From positions 682,001 to 746,000 of the forward strand of contig CP089277.1 in NCBI GenBank assembly GCA_023920165.1: 64,000 bases of DNA, read 5' to 3'. Below, piece by piece: positions 36,641-48,575 of this stretch; position 1 is the stretch's first letter, and each line of letters opens with the position of its first letter. The notes beneath the pieces were generated by a model. The model ran no database searches. It was not told where the DNA came from and worked only from the letters and a program-made list of their open reading frames with translations. The translations under genes and the position numbers were made by a program. This DNA comes from Curvularia clavata (lineage: Eukaryota).

Positions 36641-39265
36641 GATTTAGAGTCGTATGCCAAGTCGTTGAAGGTGAAAGAGTTGGACACGTATTTTTGAGGC
36701 TAGAGGCCTGGTGCAGCGAAGCAACCAAAGCCTTGGCTTATATTTAATAAACATTGAATGTGGTGGGCCTGAAATGATAAGGCTGTAAGCAGGACGATTG
36801 TTACTCTTACTGGCCGTAAGCTGCGCATTTCCCCTGTCTACGCCAGCCAATTGGTGCGTGTATGTGGGTCGCAGGATGAGGATGGAGCGTTCCATAAGAC
36901 GTATGGTTCGGCATTCGACTTGTAGTCAGTACAAAGGCAGACTTGGTACGGCGCGAGACGACGTGCAACTTTCTCGACATTTTACTCTCTTGCCTGAGCA
37001 AGACTGTAGCGGTAGGTGTTACAAGAAATCACTGGTCGTCTTTGTGGATTGAATCGACCAATAACCCGGTACATGTAGCCGGGGGCTGCGCATTCGAACA
37101 CAGCCACACAAAATATCGAATTTACCCGGAAACGTGGGCAACATCGATGATTGGATCCAGGTGACTAACATGCAGATTCGCTTGCGATAAGCGCGATTTC
37201 AACGTAGCACGCATATATGATGATAGTAATGCTGGACGATCAGCATATCGAAATATCCAAATGTGCTTCCGCGGCGATATTGCCGGAACACATTGTCATT
37301 ACTGGTAGTTCGTAGACTTGCAAAGGCCATCAAATGAGTAAGAGGAGCCATAAAACGTCATCTCGCTATCGAAAATGATCATCTTGAATAGAGACTAGAT
37401 TCATTTTCGGAAAAACAATATGGGAAGATATTTAGTCCTTCGAAGATGAAGGGCCTCGTGGGACGCTTGAGTATGAGCAGGCTTATCGATAAGAAGTTGA
37501 ATGTGTACTTCTTCACATGACGCTGAAAGTCCGGTGCTTGCTCCATTTTCGCCTGGCCTACGGAAGATAGGTTTCCGTCAAGTCTCATCAAACGCATGAA
37601 CAATAGCCATGGTAAGCTATGACTTACAGGAAGGGATCTTCTGTACTATACCCAGAAATCATGTTGCGGTACGGACGTAAGCTACGTGGCGTTTGTCCGT
37701 TCTGCTCGCCCCCCACTCCCCTACATTTGAACCTGAAAGAAACAGCAAATGGGATTTGCCCCTGGTTTCAGCACCTGTTCGACTTGATACTGAAAATCAA
37801 GAAAGAAATAAGAATTGCAAACATTGAAAATGGACGTGATTGTGTGTTTGCCCCGGATTTCGGAATCCAGTGTATTTTGTTCGGCCTTCTAGGCCAACAT
37901 CGGCTAAAGTACCAGTGACCAACTCGATGTATCTTAGGTACCTAGGCTTTTCCCGAACTGCAGAAACTTGATTACCCGAAGGGATCGATCTCCAAGCCCA
38001 GGCGCATGCCACTACACATGTCCCGGCCCCTCCTCTGTATTGCTGTGGTGACACAGAAGCCAGCGATCGATCAGATAATGGGCTTCATGAATGCGCTGTA
38101 CCCAAGAAATCCCCGTTCCCCACTAAGTAACACAGTCGTACAAGTTTCCTCGTGATGAAGATCTCTATACACGGTTAGTTACATCCGAAATATCTTAGTG
38201 TTCTGAACTCAGGTTCTTACGCCAAGGATGACTGCTGACCTCCCCGTAGTACTGCCGGACTCCGGATATCGTTTTTCTGTAGCCTTGTATCTTGTAAGAT
38301 ACTGTCACATGTGTTATATCGTTTGCTGGTTGATAACACTCTGATTTGTACCGAGGTGTTGTTGTTAATTATCAATACGTGGAAATGCATCGATAGTCTC
38401 AAAGTATGGAGAGATCCCCCCCCGGTTTTCTACCCCGCATTTTTGGCCACGCGGGCCTACAAAAACCAATCCGTAGAGGCAATATCTCCGCCCTTAATAC
38501 ACAACTGGATGGCTACTGGCTACACTACGGGCCAGGTACCGAAAAAAGATCAGAACTACAAATCGCTAACCAGGATAGCACAGCCTTGTCATCCGTACCA
38601 TCATGTACGTCACTACATCACAAAATTTCACCACGATGGTCTATGCTGTTGCTTCCAAACGAATCGTCCTGAGTAGGCTTTGGAAATACGAGAAGAACGA
38701 GAAAATAGATTCCCCGACCCAGTTTTCTACCAGCATTGACATGGTCCGTAAAACTCTGCGTGCGATAGAATTTGTCCGTATGAGTACGTGTCCCATGACC
38801 TACTGCCTAGTGCCAGTAGGCGCCGCAAGCCCTACAACAATAACTCAAGCCTAATGTGGGTATTTCCCCTGGCTGACGTAAAGCGCTATCTAATTTGATA
38901 GGTCACCCTTTGTCGGAAACCCAGACTATCACACTTACACGAGGTAATAGAGCATACTACTCCACCCTATGCGGTGCAATCTCCACTCTGGGGAACCTTG
39001 GAAGTTTCTTGCAGAGCATGGATACTTCCGCAAATACGGTAAATCCGGGGTGTTCATCAAAACACCCTGCCTAATGCATTGCATGGACATCGCCGATGGA
39101 TTCTTTGCCCGAGGTTGCGTTGTTGAGAAGAGTCATGTTTGCTTGTGAAATTACTCAGGCCTGATGGATAAGTACCGCACCACTTGGCCGCCGGTGAAGG
39201 GGTCACCAAGCTTCCATGCTTCAGTCTGTACCAAGATCAAGTCCTGAGGAAGAACATATTTCAAA

Positions 39266-41002
39266 ATGAAGTTTTCAACGGCTCTCACATTCCTTCCTCT
39301 AGTCTACGCGATCCCGGCGCCCCTTGAGAAGCGTGCAAACCCCACAGTAGTTGCACCTTTACCCAAGGCTACTGTTGCCGGAGCCGGTGCCCTAGGGGTT
39401 GAATCGTTCAAAGGAATACCTTTCGCACAGCCACCCGTTGGCCAGCTGCGACTTAAGCCACCTCAGCCATTGACAGGAGATATCGGAAAGATCGATGGTA
39501 CCGGCACACCAACAGCATGTCCCCAATTCTTCTTCAGTGTTGACCAGTCGAATATTCCTACCAATGTGTTGGGCACTATACTCAACTTACCCTTGTTTCA
39601 AACAGTCACCAATGCTGGAGAGGACTGCTTGACCATCACCGTGCAGCGGCCAGCGGGAACAAAGCCTGACGCAAAGCTACCGGTGCTTTTCTGGATTTTT
39701 GGCGGTGGCTTTGAACTTGGCTCAACGCAAATGTACGATGGGACCAGCCTTATCCGCGAATCTGTCGACCAGGGCAAGCCCATCGTCTTTGTAGCCGTCA
39801 ACTACCGCGTGGGAGGATTCGGTTTTATGCCCGGAAAAGAAATCCTTCAGGATGGCTCTTCCAACCTCGGATTACTCGATCAACGGCTGGGTTTGCAATG
39901 GGTCCAAGACAACATTGCTGCCTTTGGCGGCGACCCAACTAAGGTCACAATCTGGGGTGAAAGCGCTGGTTCTATCTCAGTGCTAGACCACATGGTATTG
40001 TACAATGGCGACAATACCTACAAGGGCAAGCCTCTCTTCAGGGCGGGTATCATGAACTCTGGCTCCATCGTTCCCACCGATCCCGTGGATTGCCCCAAGG
40101 GCCAAGCTATCTACGACCGAGTAAGTTACCCAATCATGGTTTCAAGGTCATTCACGCTAATTTCATCACAGGTCGTCGAAGCAGGTGGATGCAAAGGCTC
40201 AAGTGACACGCTGGCATGTCTCCGTGCTCTTCCCTATAGCAAGTTTCTCACCGCTGCGAACACCGTTCCAGGCCTTCTGTCTTACATCGGAGTAAACCTC
40301 TCCTATCTCCCACGTCCTGACGGAAAGGTACTTACTGCTTCTCCCGATGCTCTTGTACAAGCTGGAAAGTACGCCAAGGTACCCTTCATCGTTGGTGATC
40401 AAGAGGATGAGGGAACATTATTCGGACTCTTTACTGCCAACATCACTACAACTAGCGAGATCACAACCTACTTTAACAGCATCTACTTTAACAGCGCTTC
40501 GCGACAACAGATTCAAGATATAGTGGGTAGCTACCAAACCACCACTGAAGACGGCTCTCCATTCCGGACTGGCTTACTCAACAACCTCTCACCTCAATTC
40601 AAGCGCATGTCAGCCATCATTGGTGACCTGACTTTCACACTGACCCGACGCCTCTTCCTCGAAGTCGCGACTCAGGTCAATCCCGACGTGCCATCATGGT
40701 CGTACCTTTCTACCTACGACTATGGAACCCCTATTCTTGGTACCTTCCATGGTTCCGACCTTCTTCAGGTCTTCTTTGGTATTCTTCCCAACAATGCCCG
40801 AAAGACCATTCGAGGATACTACTATTCCTTCGTCTACAACCTGGATCCAAATGTAGGAAACGATTTTGGAAACTGGCCACAGTGGAGTCAAGGGAAGAAA
40901 CTCATCAATTTTGGAGCAAACAGCAATAGCTATCTGGATGATGATTTTAGAAGCGACACATACGAGGCCATCAAGAGGAATGTTGCTGTTCTAAAAGTAT
41001 AA
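39266..41002 (+). CDS. Secreted type-B carboxylesterase / fungal lipase
   Basis: Signal peptide and LEKR propeptide; [18 protein letters not shown] oxyanion hole, GESAG nucleophile, DQEDEG, FHGSDL. In-frame 51-nt intron 40121-40171. Confidence 0.93.
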   Translation: MKFSTALTFLPLVYAIPAPLEKRANPTVVAPLPKATVAGAGALGVESFKGIPFAQPPVGQLRLKPPQPLTGDIGKIDGTGTPTACPQFFFSVDQSNIPTNVLGTILNLPLFQTVTNAGEDCLTITVQRPAGTKPDAKLPVLFWIFGGGFELGSTQMYDGTSLIRESVDQGKPIVFVAVNYRVGGFGFMPGKEILQDGSSNLGLLDQRLGLQWVQDNIAAFGGDPTKVTIWGESAGSISVLDHMVLYNGDNTYKGKPLFRAGIMNSGSIVPTDPVDCPKGQAIYDRVSYPIMVSRSFTLISSQVVEAGGCKGSSDTLACLRALPYSKFLTAANTVPGLLSYIGVNLSYLPRPDGKVLTASPDALVQAGKYAKVPFIVGDQEDEGTLFGLFTANITTTSEITTYFNSIYFNSASRQQIQDIVGSYQTTTEDGSPFRTGLLNNLSPQFKRMSAIIGDLTFTLTRRLFLEVATQVNPDVPSWSYLSTYDYGTPILGTFHGSDLLQVFFGILPNNARKTIRGYYYSFVYNLDPNVGNDFGNWPQWSQGKKLINFGANSNSYLDDDFRSDTYEAIKRNVAVLKV

Positions 41003-41633
41003 GGGCCGGGGAAAAGCTTTGCTTGTATCATATCATTCTAGTACTATTATTTTCAAGTCCGAATTCATTAATTCTTTCAAAAAAAACCCCTTGTGATTGA
41101 AGAACTGACCATGTGTTAAATTAACCATCTATAGAGAAACCCGGAATGGCTGATTATGTAGGGTGATGATCATCATTGTTATCTTGCCAAAAGACAATCT
41201 TTATCAAACTAATGTCGCATTAACAACTAAATTTTTTACTTCTCTGACATAGGGAAAGTATGTCTCATTGTCTACTCATACGCTACCATGGCACACTTGC
41301 CAACTTCATTGGCTCAAAAGCACCGAGAGTATATTTGGATGCACCACAGCGCTCTTGACTCCAGTTGACACTATCTGGTCGAGGGGCATCACATCGTTAT
41401 TATTAGATCAACCAAAAAAAACCCCAAATTCATTGTGAAAGCGTTCAAGTGCAAAAGCTGAAACGTGTTCCTCCTGCTATGTTAAGGTACCTAAAATGAA
41501 TGGTCCGCCAACCAGCTCTTCTTGTTCTGCAACACCAAAGATGGCAAAAAGGTGTTGCAGCGCACTCTCGACTTCACCACTCTATCGAGTACCATACAAG
41601 CGCAAAAAAAAGAACTCTTGCGAGATCAACTGC

Positions 41634-41719
41634 TGACTCAGCCGAGGTTTGAACTCGGGACCTTCAGTGTGCCTAACTGGTTGTTAGACTGACGTGATAA
41701 CCAACTACACCACCGAGCC
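41634..41719 (-). tRNA. tRNA-Val(AAC) with a 12-nt intron
   Basis: Acceptor GGCTCGG/CTGAGTC, anticodon arm TCAGT-CT-AAC-A-[intron 41670-41681]-C-ACTGA, T-arm CCGAG-TTCAAAC-CTCGG. Downstream T8 Pol III terminator at about 41604-41611. Confidence 0.95.
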
Positions 41720-42783
41720 TTGCTTGCTGATGTCGATTTTGAATCTTAGAAACAATATCAAGATAGAAAACCTTTCCACGTGCCATCAACTAAACGAAAG
41801 TCCCTTTTCTGGAGAGAGCTTTGTTCCAATGTCATGTGCTTGGAGGCAGCCTGAATTAAAATTTTCGCAAAGCGCGGGGCGAGACTCGCCGAACCCACCC
41901 TCCCCACTTCCAAAGATGTATCCCCGAGATCCTCGTAAACGAACGACAATGTCAGTCACGAAGCGCCACGATTTGTTTCACACTTTACGACGTTCTGGAA
42001 CCATGGGCCTGATGCACTTCAAACATGCCTGAAATAGTTTGCTACACGAACACAGTCTTTACCTGCGACGGAAATTGCGAAAATTCATCAATGGTGGAAC
42101 GTATTGGTCGTGTAAACGCAGGCGTGATTCCTACTCAATGAAGTGCATCATGTTTCATCTCAACAGGAGTTGTTTCGTTAAAACGGCTGCTGCACGGGCG
42201 CGACAGTGCGACCGTGCTATACTGAAGACTAACCGCACCGAGACTAGCACCCACCATTGCGGAGACTTACAGCTTGGAAGCGTTGCCAATATGAGCTTGA
42301 ATAAGGTTCAACACTGGATTGTCGTTCCTTTGAAAATTGTGGACTGCTACCCGTCCGTTGGTATTGGCGACAATCTTGGTACAGCTCGGCAGGTGCTTAA
42401 CCACAACATGAGCGATGGAAAGAGAAGTGAAGTCAAGAATACGCTGCGATACTATCCTGCACATGTAGAGATGCAGGCGATCCTGGAAAACACTGATGCG
42501 ACAGGTAGCATTGGCCATGTTTTGGTAAAGGATAAACATGGACATGTATGAAGCCGAAGGCTGGAATTGCGCGATAGGGGCAGTCGAGGAAACCCTGTAC
42601 CAACGACCACTGCGAATTTTTGCTGTATCCCCTTTTTCGCCTCCGTAGTGCAACTTCCCCGTTCTGCCTAGTACCACACACGACTCCTGAATAGTTGCAG
42701 CTAGTTCTGACACCAAGCCTCTGAGCCTTAATACATCGAGTATATCTCGAAATGGTGATGGGGTCGCGGCCACGATCGAACCT

Positions 42784-42822
42784 AACGTAGGCACGCGTCA
42801 GCCAACGTGGGCACGCGTCAGC
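42784..42822. repeat. Tandem duplication with a 20-bp period
   Basis: aacgtaggcacgcgtcagc-c-aacgtgggcacgcgtcagc (one mismatch). Confidence 0.85.
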
Positions 42823-42926
42823 TTCCACACATGAACGGTCCATTCACGAAAAGCAGCGCATCAGGCCTCAGTAACTTGCTCCACTAGGTGTCTGGAGAGG
42901 TCGCTGGACCTGCGCCTTCTCCATGG

Positions 42927-43820
42927 GCCAAGACTTTGAAGTGTTACAACCTGGGTGGAGTTAAGCCGCAAACGGACTCGCTAACCCCCTGGGGGCGCCA
43001 ATAGGTTAAGTAAATGTCACGTATTAAATCTCCCACTGCGTTTCCAAGGCCGCAACCCTGGCTCTCCGCTCCACCCAGATCAGACGCCAAGTGTTGCGTT
43101 GGAGGCTTAGCCTTTTCTAAGCTCATCGCCGAGTGCTGTCAGTCTGGATCTTTTGATCTTCGTACCAAGCCTCACAATTTCCTTTCCGCCCCCTCAATCA
43201 ACGGCTATTGGTACTTTATCGGGTAGACGATACTTCCAACCGCCCTTTTGCTAGAATATCTGCATCAAATATACTTGGCAAATCAGCCTCGTGAAGCAGC
43301 CACAAGCTTGGAACCTCAGGCATTAATCCAGTCACATTCTAGAGTTGTTAACGCCTTGGACCTAAGCTTGGCAACTCTCAAAGGTCACTGTGACGAGTGA
43401 AGAACCACGAATGCTTGCCTTGTCGTTGGTAGCTCTTTTGTCGTCGATTGAATGGATTTATGCGGTCACTGTTCAGCCCTTCCCAGACTATTACTGTCTT
43501 CCATGTTTGCCCTAGCGATTAACGCTGAAGAATTTCCCCAGAATAATTTCAAGGGAGCCCCAACCTCATGGCGATCACTGAACCCTCGACCCCTGGCCGT
43601 CAGGCTGCCTGGTATAGCATCTCTGTGCATTGGACTCGGCAACTAGCATGAATCTTGTACTAAGCTTCCTTTACAACAGTTCTAACCCGACATCAAACAT
43701 CGGGCAAAGCTTGGCAATGCTGCCCGTGCAAGCAAAGCTCTGCCATGCTGTGCTTGTGGATACTTGGCACAGCTTCATGAAAGTTTCACACCACCTCCAA
43801 GCTGGTTAACCTATCTTGGC
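42927..43820. promoter_or_regulatory. Cluster of PacC/Rim101-type GCCARG sites upstream of the gene at 44077
   Basis: GCCAAG at 42927, 43086; CCTGGC at 43057, 43592; CTTGGCA at 43274, 43367, 43710, 43763, 43815. TATAA near 43873. Confidence 0.7.
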
Positions 43821-44076
43821 AAGAGTCGCACAGGTGGGCCTCCAACGCCACAGCTGGAGAAGGCATACAGAGTATAAGAAGATGTTGAACCCACTTCTTT
43901 TGTTCTCCAGTCCGGTCACTCACTCTTAGTTTTTCACCAGCTTTGCATTCACTACCGTCGCCGGGCGACTTAATTCACTTTTGATCATCTACTCATTTTC
44001 TTTTTGGAATTCACCATCCAACACTTCCTACTACTACTCATCTAATCAAAAGATTTAAACACCCCGAACCGACAAG

Positions 44077-44694
44077 ATGCTTCCTCAACACATCCTCATT
44101 GCGCTCGCCGCCACTGTCGCCGCCGTCCCGCTTAACATCAACTTGGGTGCCTATTCGCCTGCCCTGGTAGTCGGTGATGGTGAAATCTCGCTGGGATCAA
44201 CGGAATCAGCTTCTCAGCTGATGGCCACGCTCGCTACTGGAGCCGCAGCAAACGCCGGAGGAGAGGGCGCACAAGGTCAGCAAAGAGCCGAACAGCCTGC
44301 AGCTGGAGGCGAACAACCTCAAGGACAACCAGCTGAAGGTGCACCAGCCAAACGTTCTATCCTCCGCCGCGCTATCGACGATATCCTCGGAAAGCGTGCT
44401 CCCGTCGATGCCAAGATGGAGGCAGTGGAGGCCGCCATGCAGTGGATCAAGCGTGACCTCGCTGGCTTCAACGCTGCTCTCGGTTATGCCAAGGAGGCCC
44501 AGAAGGATCAGCCCAAGGTCGAGTTGGGTACCGAGAATGCTGGTGTCGGTATCGTCGTCAACCCCGGAATCAACGTTCCAGCCAACTCCGCCGCCGCCGG
44601 CGCACCAGCTGGAGGCAAGAAGGAAAAGCGCGATGAAGTTGTCGAAGAGGAGGACGCCCCTAAGATGACTCTGGTCGCCATCACCGAAGTTTGA
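44077..44694 (+). CDS. Secreted Cys-free protein with multiple dibasic (Kex2-type) sites
   Basis: Signal peptide MLPQHILIALAATVAA; four KR and one RR; strongly C/G-ending codons; pyrimidine-rich 5' UTR. Confidence 0.9.
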   Translation: MLPQHILIALAATVAAVPLNINLGAYSPALVVGDGEISLGSTESASQLMATLATGAAANAGGEGAQGQQRAEQPAAGGEQPQGQPAEGAPAKRSILRRAIDDILGKRAPVDAKMEAVEAAMQWIKRDLAGFNAALGYAKEAQKDQPKVELGTENAGVGIVVNPGINVPANSAAAGAPAGGKKEKRDEVVEEEDAPKMTLVAITEV

Positions 44695-45508
44695 GCATCA
44701 AGCAGTGGATCTCCCATTGGCATTTAACTGTTCTCAACTATCGAATGTACGATGATGGACATGGAAACGAAGTCGAGCTATTTTTCTTTTCTTTTCTAGC
44801 GAATATCAACAGGTTCCTGTACACGGCGGACCCGAAGATCAGGAGTTTTTATGGGGATATGGACGTTTGTGGGCAAAACATTAAGACTTGGTTGTGTGAG
44901 CCATTAAAATATTGAGATTCCAATTTATGAGTATTTGATCAATATCCTGCGCACCACTTTAGCTACGATTCTAGCATGTTCCAGTGTTCTGATCTGCCTC
45001 AGCATACATTCTCTCAACCCTTAGCAACGAGCAACTGAGTCGAAGTTGACTACGAAACACTACTTCGCATGCGAGACTGCCGCCCTTTGCGCCTTCGGCG
45101 CATTGAGCCGGCGGCATTGCGCAATCAGAGGCTCTTTCGGGACGGTAGATCGTCCTCCCCGAAAGTATCAGTCGCTTTCCGCCCCCAAAGCCAAGCTTTG
45201 TTCCAAGTCGCAACAAAGTCTCAGCAACGGTTGTGAGCTGGCTTGGCGAACACTGACTCAGGGAACATCGCGGAGGGTGAAACGTAGGATTCGTGCGCCG
45301 AACAAGGGTACAGCAGCCGAAGTGCGGGATTTTTCCTAAGAGGAAGGAGTGGCTAAACAAGGAAGTCTTGTAGAACTAGGTACAATATCATGTCAAGGGT
45401 AGCTTATAATATTGATGGCCGGTATACAGAGGAGTAGGGTTGCGGCAAAGAGCACCGCGTATATTGGACTTTCTAGCGACCTGACTCGAAATACACCGTG
45501 TTTCAGCC

Positions 45509-47500
45509 TCAAGACCGAGGCTGCCAGAACTTCCAGCTCTTCGCCCTGTTCCCCTTTTCCGCAGTACCAATAACGTTGCCAACGACCTTCTGATCCATCT
45601 GATCAAGCTTATAGTTTTTGAGGAAAAGTGTTAACGGTAGAATAGGCGCAGCACAACACAATGCGCCAATCAGGAGATAGCGCATTGTCTCCTGGTATGC
45701 CTGATTGATTGCGATGCGCACAGGTGAGCCGGGTGGATAGGTAACATAATCTGCAGCCACCGTGATACTGCCATAGATCGATGACCACTCTGCTGCATTT
45801 GCTTCTGGAAGATACTGCTGAAGCTTCAAAGGAATATAGGTCGACCAAATAGCGCCGGAGATGGCTGATCCAACAGCACCACCAACCTCAAGGAGTGTGA
45901 GCCATACAGTGGTTGCCGCTGCGACTTGTTGATGCGAAGCCGAGGCTTGGACGCCAAGTTGTACCGGTACATTGAGGAAACCGCCGCCGATACCGACGAC
46001 GATCTGGATACCCACAAGTGTAGCAGTAGACGCGTCTTGCGTACGGTACGCCAGCATGAGGCCCATTCCCATCAGGTAGATCACTGCACCGCAGGTGACA
46101 TAGTACTTGTAATGAGCCGTATATTTGATGATTAGTGAGACGGCGACAGACGAGACAGTCGAACTGAAGCTAAACACTCGCGTGATATAGCCAGCGGCAG
46201 TGATGGATTGGCCTTGGACAATCTGGAGGTACGAGTAGAAATACGGAAAGACCGACATGTAAAATGCCACTATCAAAAGGTTAGTGCTCAATCCCAGCCA
46301 CGTTTCCATACGACTTACTGAAATAGAAAAAGGCTATCAAGACACCTGCGATAATCGTCCGCTCTTTGAACAAACCGGGTGGGAAGAAGGCCATTGGCGC
46401 TAGCTTTTTGCTGGTCTCCCATAACGGAAATAGCAGTAAAAGAACACCTCCAATTACCAGCATAGCAATCATGCTTGGGTTACTCCATTGTCCGTCGGCG
46501 TTTGGGGCCAATGTTAGTGGCAGCAAGATCAACGAGATTGCAGCGGCGAATAACAACAGTCCACCAGCATCAAGATCAAACCAGATGTTCTTCACAACTT
46601 GCAAGATACTGCTACCATGGAACGGACTGGGAACCTCGAACCCCAAGTTCCTAGCTCGTCGCTGATTCATGAACAGGCTGGCCGCCAACGGAATAAAACA
46701 AACGGGCAGGATGATAGCCCAAATGCCATAACCCCATCGCCAAATCGTATTCTTGAGAATTGACTGCCCAACCTCCGGTCCAGCCCAAGTAGTCCACAGG
46801 AACGGCAGATCAAAAAGAGTCGAGAACAAGGCACGGTTCAACAAGTCGGTGGTGTCGGCTACGAAGATTTGCTGCAAGACCTGGAGTCCGTTATAGCCGA
46901 TGGACCAAAAGATTTGCGCACCGGCAAATGTTTGAACACTGTTGGAGGCTGCTTGCATGATGTAACCAATCGTGTATAGAGAAACGATAATGGTAAAAGA
47001 CTCCAGGCGACCGAACACATCAGCGATCTTTCCTGCTGGGGGCTTGATGACAGCTGCATAGGTATGTTAGTAGCTTTTCGCGGATACGGGACACATGTCT
47101 CTCACAGGCCACCACTCCCTGTACCACGGTGACAGTGGAAACCAGAGAATGTGCAGAAAAGGCACTCGTTGCGAACGGTAACAAGACACCCGTGACTTGA
47201 ATCTCCAGAGAGGTGGCGTTAGCGATGAGGAGAAGACTGAGAATGCTATCAGTAAGTTGGTAGTGCAAGGCAAGAAGGTGTAGCTTACGATATATAGGCG
47301 ATGACGAGCGAGGTCTTCGTCCAGGCCTTGCTCACGGCTTCAATACGCTTTACACCGGCCTGAGTGGTAGCATCGGTCGATGTTTCACTAGGAAAGACTT
47401 CATGGTTGTACTCGACATCCTTGTCATGGTCCAAATGGTTTGTCTGGTTGTGAAGTACTGGGTCGTCAAGCGCTTGGCCAGGCCTTGCCGAGTCTCTCAT
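45509..47500 (-). CDS. Siderophore-iron MFS transporter (MirB/Sit1/ARN family)
   Basis: Introns 47237-47288, 47054-47105, 46270-46318. Motifs QAGVKRIEAVSKAWT, ATSAFSAHSL, KIADVFGRLES, QIFVADTTDLLNRA, WRWGYGIWAII, EVGGAVGSAISGAIW. Confidence 0.92.
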
Positions 47501-47602
47501 GATTGTGCTCGGCAAGAGTCGAATCACCAGAGAAAGAGCAAGTGGAGGTCGCAGTTTTCGCGGAAACTTCCAAGACAAGGTACGACCGGGGCGCTGCCTA
47601 CT

Positions 47603-47845
47603 TTATCTGATTGACCCTGCATTGCAACCTTGCTGATTCACCCCAACGGGATGAGCGATGGTGGCGTGCTATTGGCAATGAATTTTCCTGCCAAGAGCGG
47701 CGGTGACTTGCCGAGAAGACATTCACCACGCGACCATGGCTCAAATCATCCCGCAAGTCTGTGCGATGGCCACATGGCGCAACCGTGTACCATGTACTTG
47801 GATCGTTTAGTTTGTTGACTAGCGACATGATCCATCTTATCTGAT
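47603..47845 (-). promoter_or_regulatory. Two SreA/Sre1-type extended GATA sites (ATCAGATAA)
   Basis: TTATCTGAT on the + strand at 47603-47611 and 47837-47845, upstream of the siderophore transporter ATG. Confidence 0.75.
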
Positions 47846-48575
47846 CTGTCTGGAGAATGAGAGTTCTTGGCGTGAATAGTAGCGGCTTGGATCGCCGAAG
47901 CTACTACGTCAAGGCTGACTTGAGGGGTTTTCTTCAGTTCGCCTCAAGCAAGTCAAACACTGGTCAGATAGACATCGTGTCGTTTTGTTCAAGTATTCTT
48001 TCACGACATGTACACCGCAGCTATCAGAGCTGAACAGGTTACGTCAGGTACCGGGATATGTGGTGCAAGAAGACACAAGGCTGATGCTGTGGTTTCCGAA
48101 TTCTCTCAACATCGAATGTTACTTTTCGAGTCTGTGTCCCATGACATTAGAGTGTCAGACCTAAGATATTCTGGACGCCCTCCAGTCCTCCCTTGATGCG
48201 ATCTGCAGCGTTGGAGATCTAGGGTCTTCGTTCAGCCGAACCATCCGGAAGCGGGGCTCCACAAGCTCGAGGCATCTCGTGAACAGCTCAATGCCACAAA
48301 CATGGGCACCATATTCCATTCGAGTCGATCTTTGAAACATCTGCCTTCTTCAGAGATTAAGAAAGTACTCGTATTAATTCATTAAGACTAACCGTAACAT
48401 TCGGAGTCGGAGGGTTGTTGAGAAAATGAAACACGATAAGGGTGCTCTACCTCACCGCAGAGCGACCTGAGCAAGGGATCTGGTCAAAAGCTCTAAACTT
48501 CACCTCCATCTCCCTGCGCTCTCTGTTTCTTTCTTCATGCGCATCCCTAGTGGGGTTGGTGCTCTTGTTTGTCGC

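Noticed and set aside
36700..39200. Possible transposon relic in a long intergenic region
   Set aside because: No terminal repeats, transposase or RT motifs, and no obvious RIP-like AT enrichment.
40121..40171. 17-aa insertion in the lipase ORF as given in the track
   Set aside because: It is an ordinary 51-nt stop-free intron (GTAAGT..GCTAAT..CAG).
48447..48575. 42 open codons after the hexose transporter stop (readthrough or recent nonsense change)
   Set aside because: TAA-G is a poor readthrough context, all TM helices are complete, and this length is plausible by chance.
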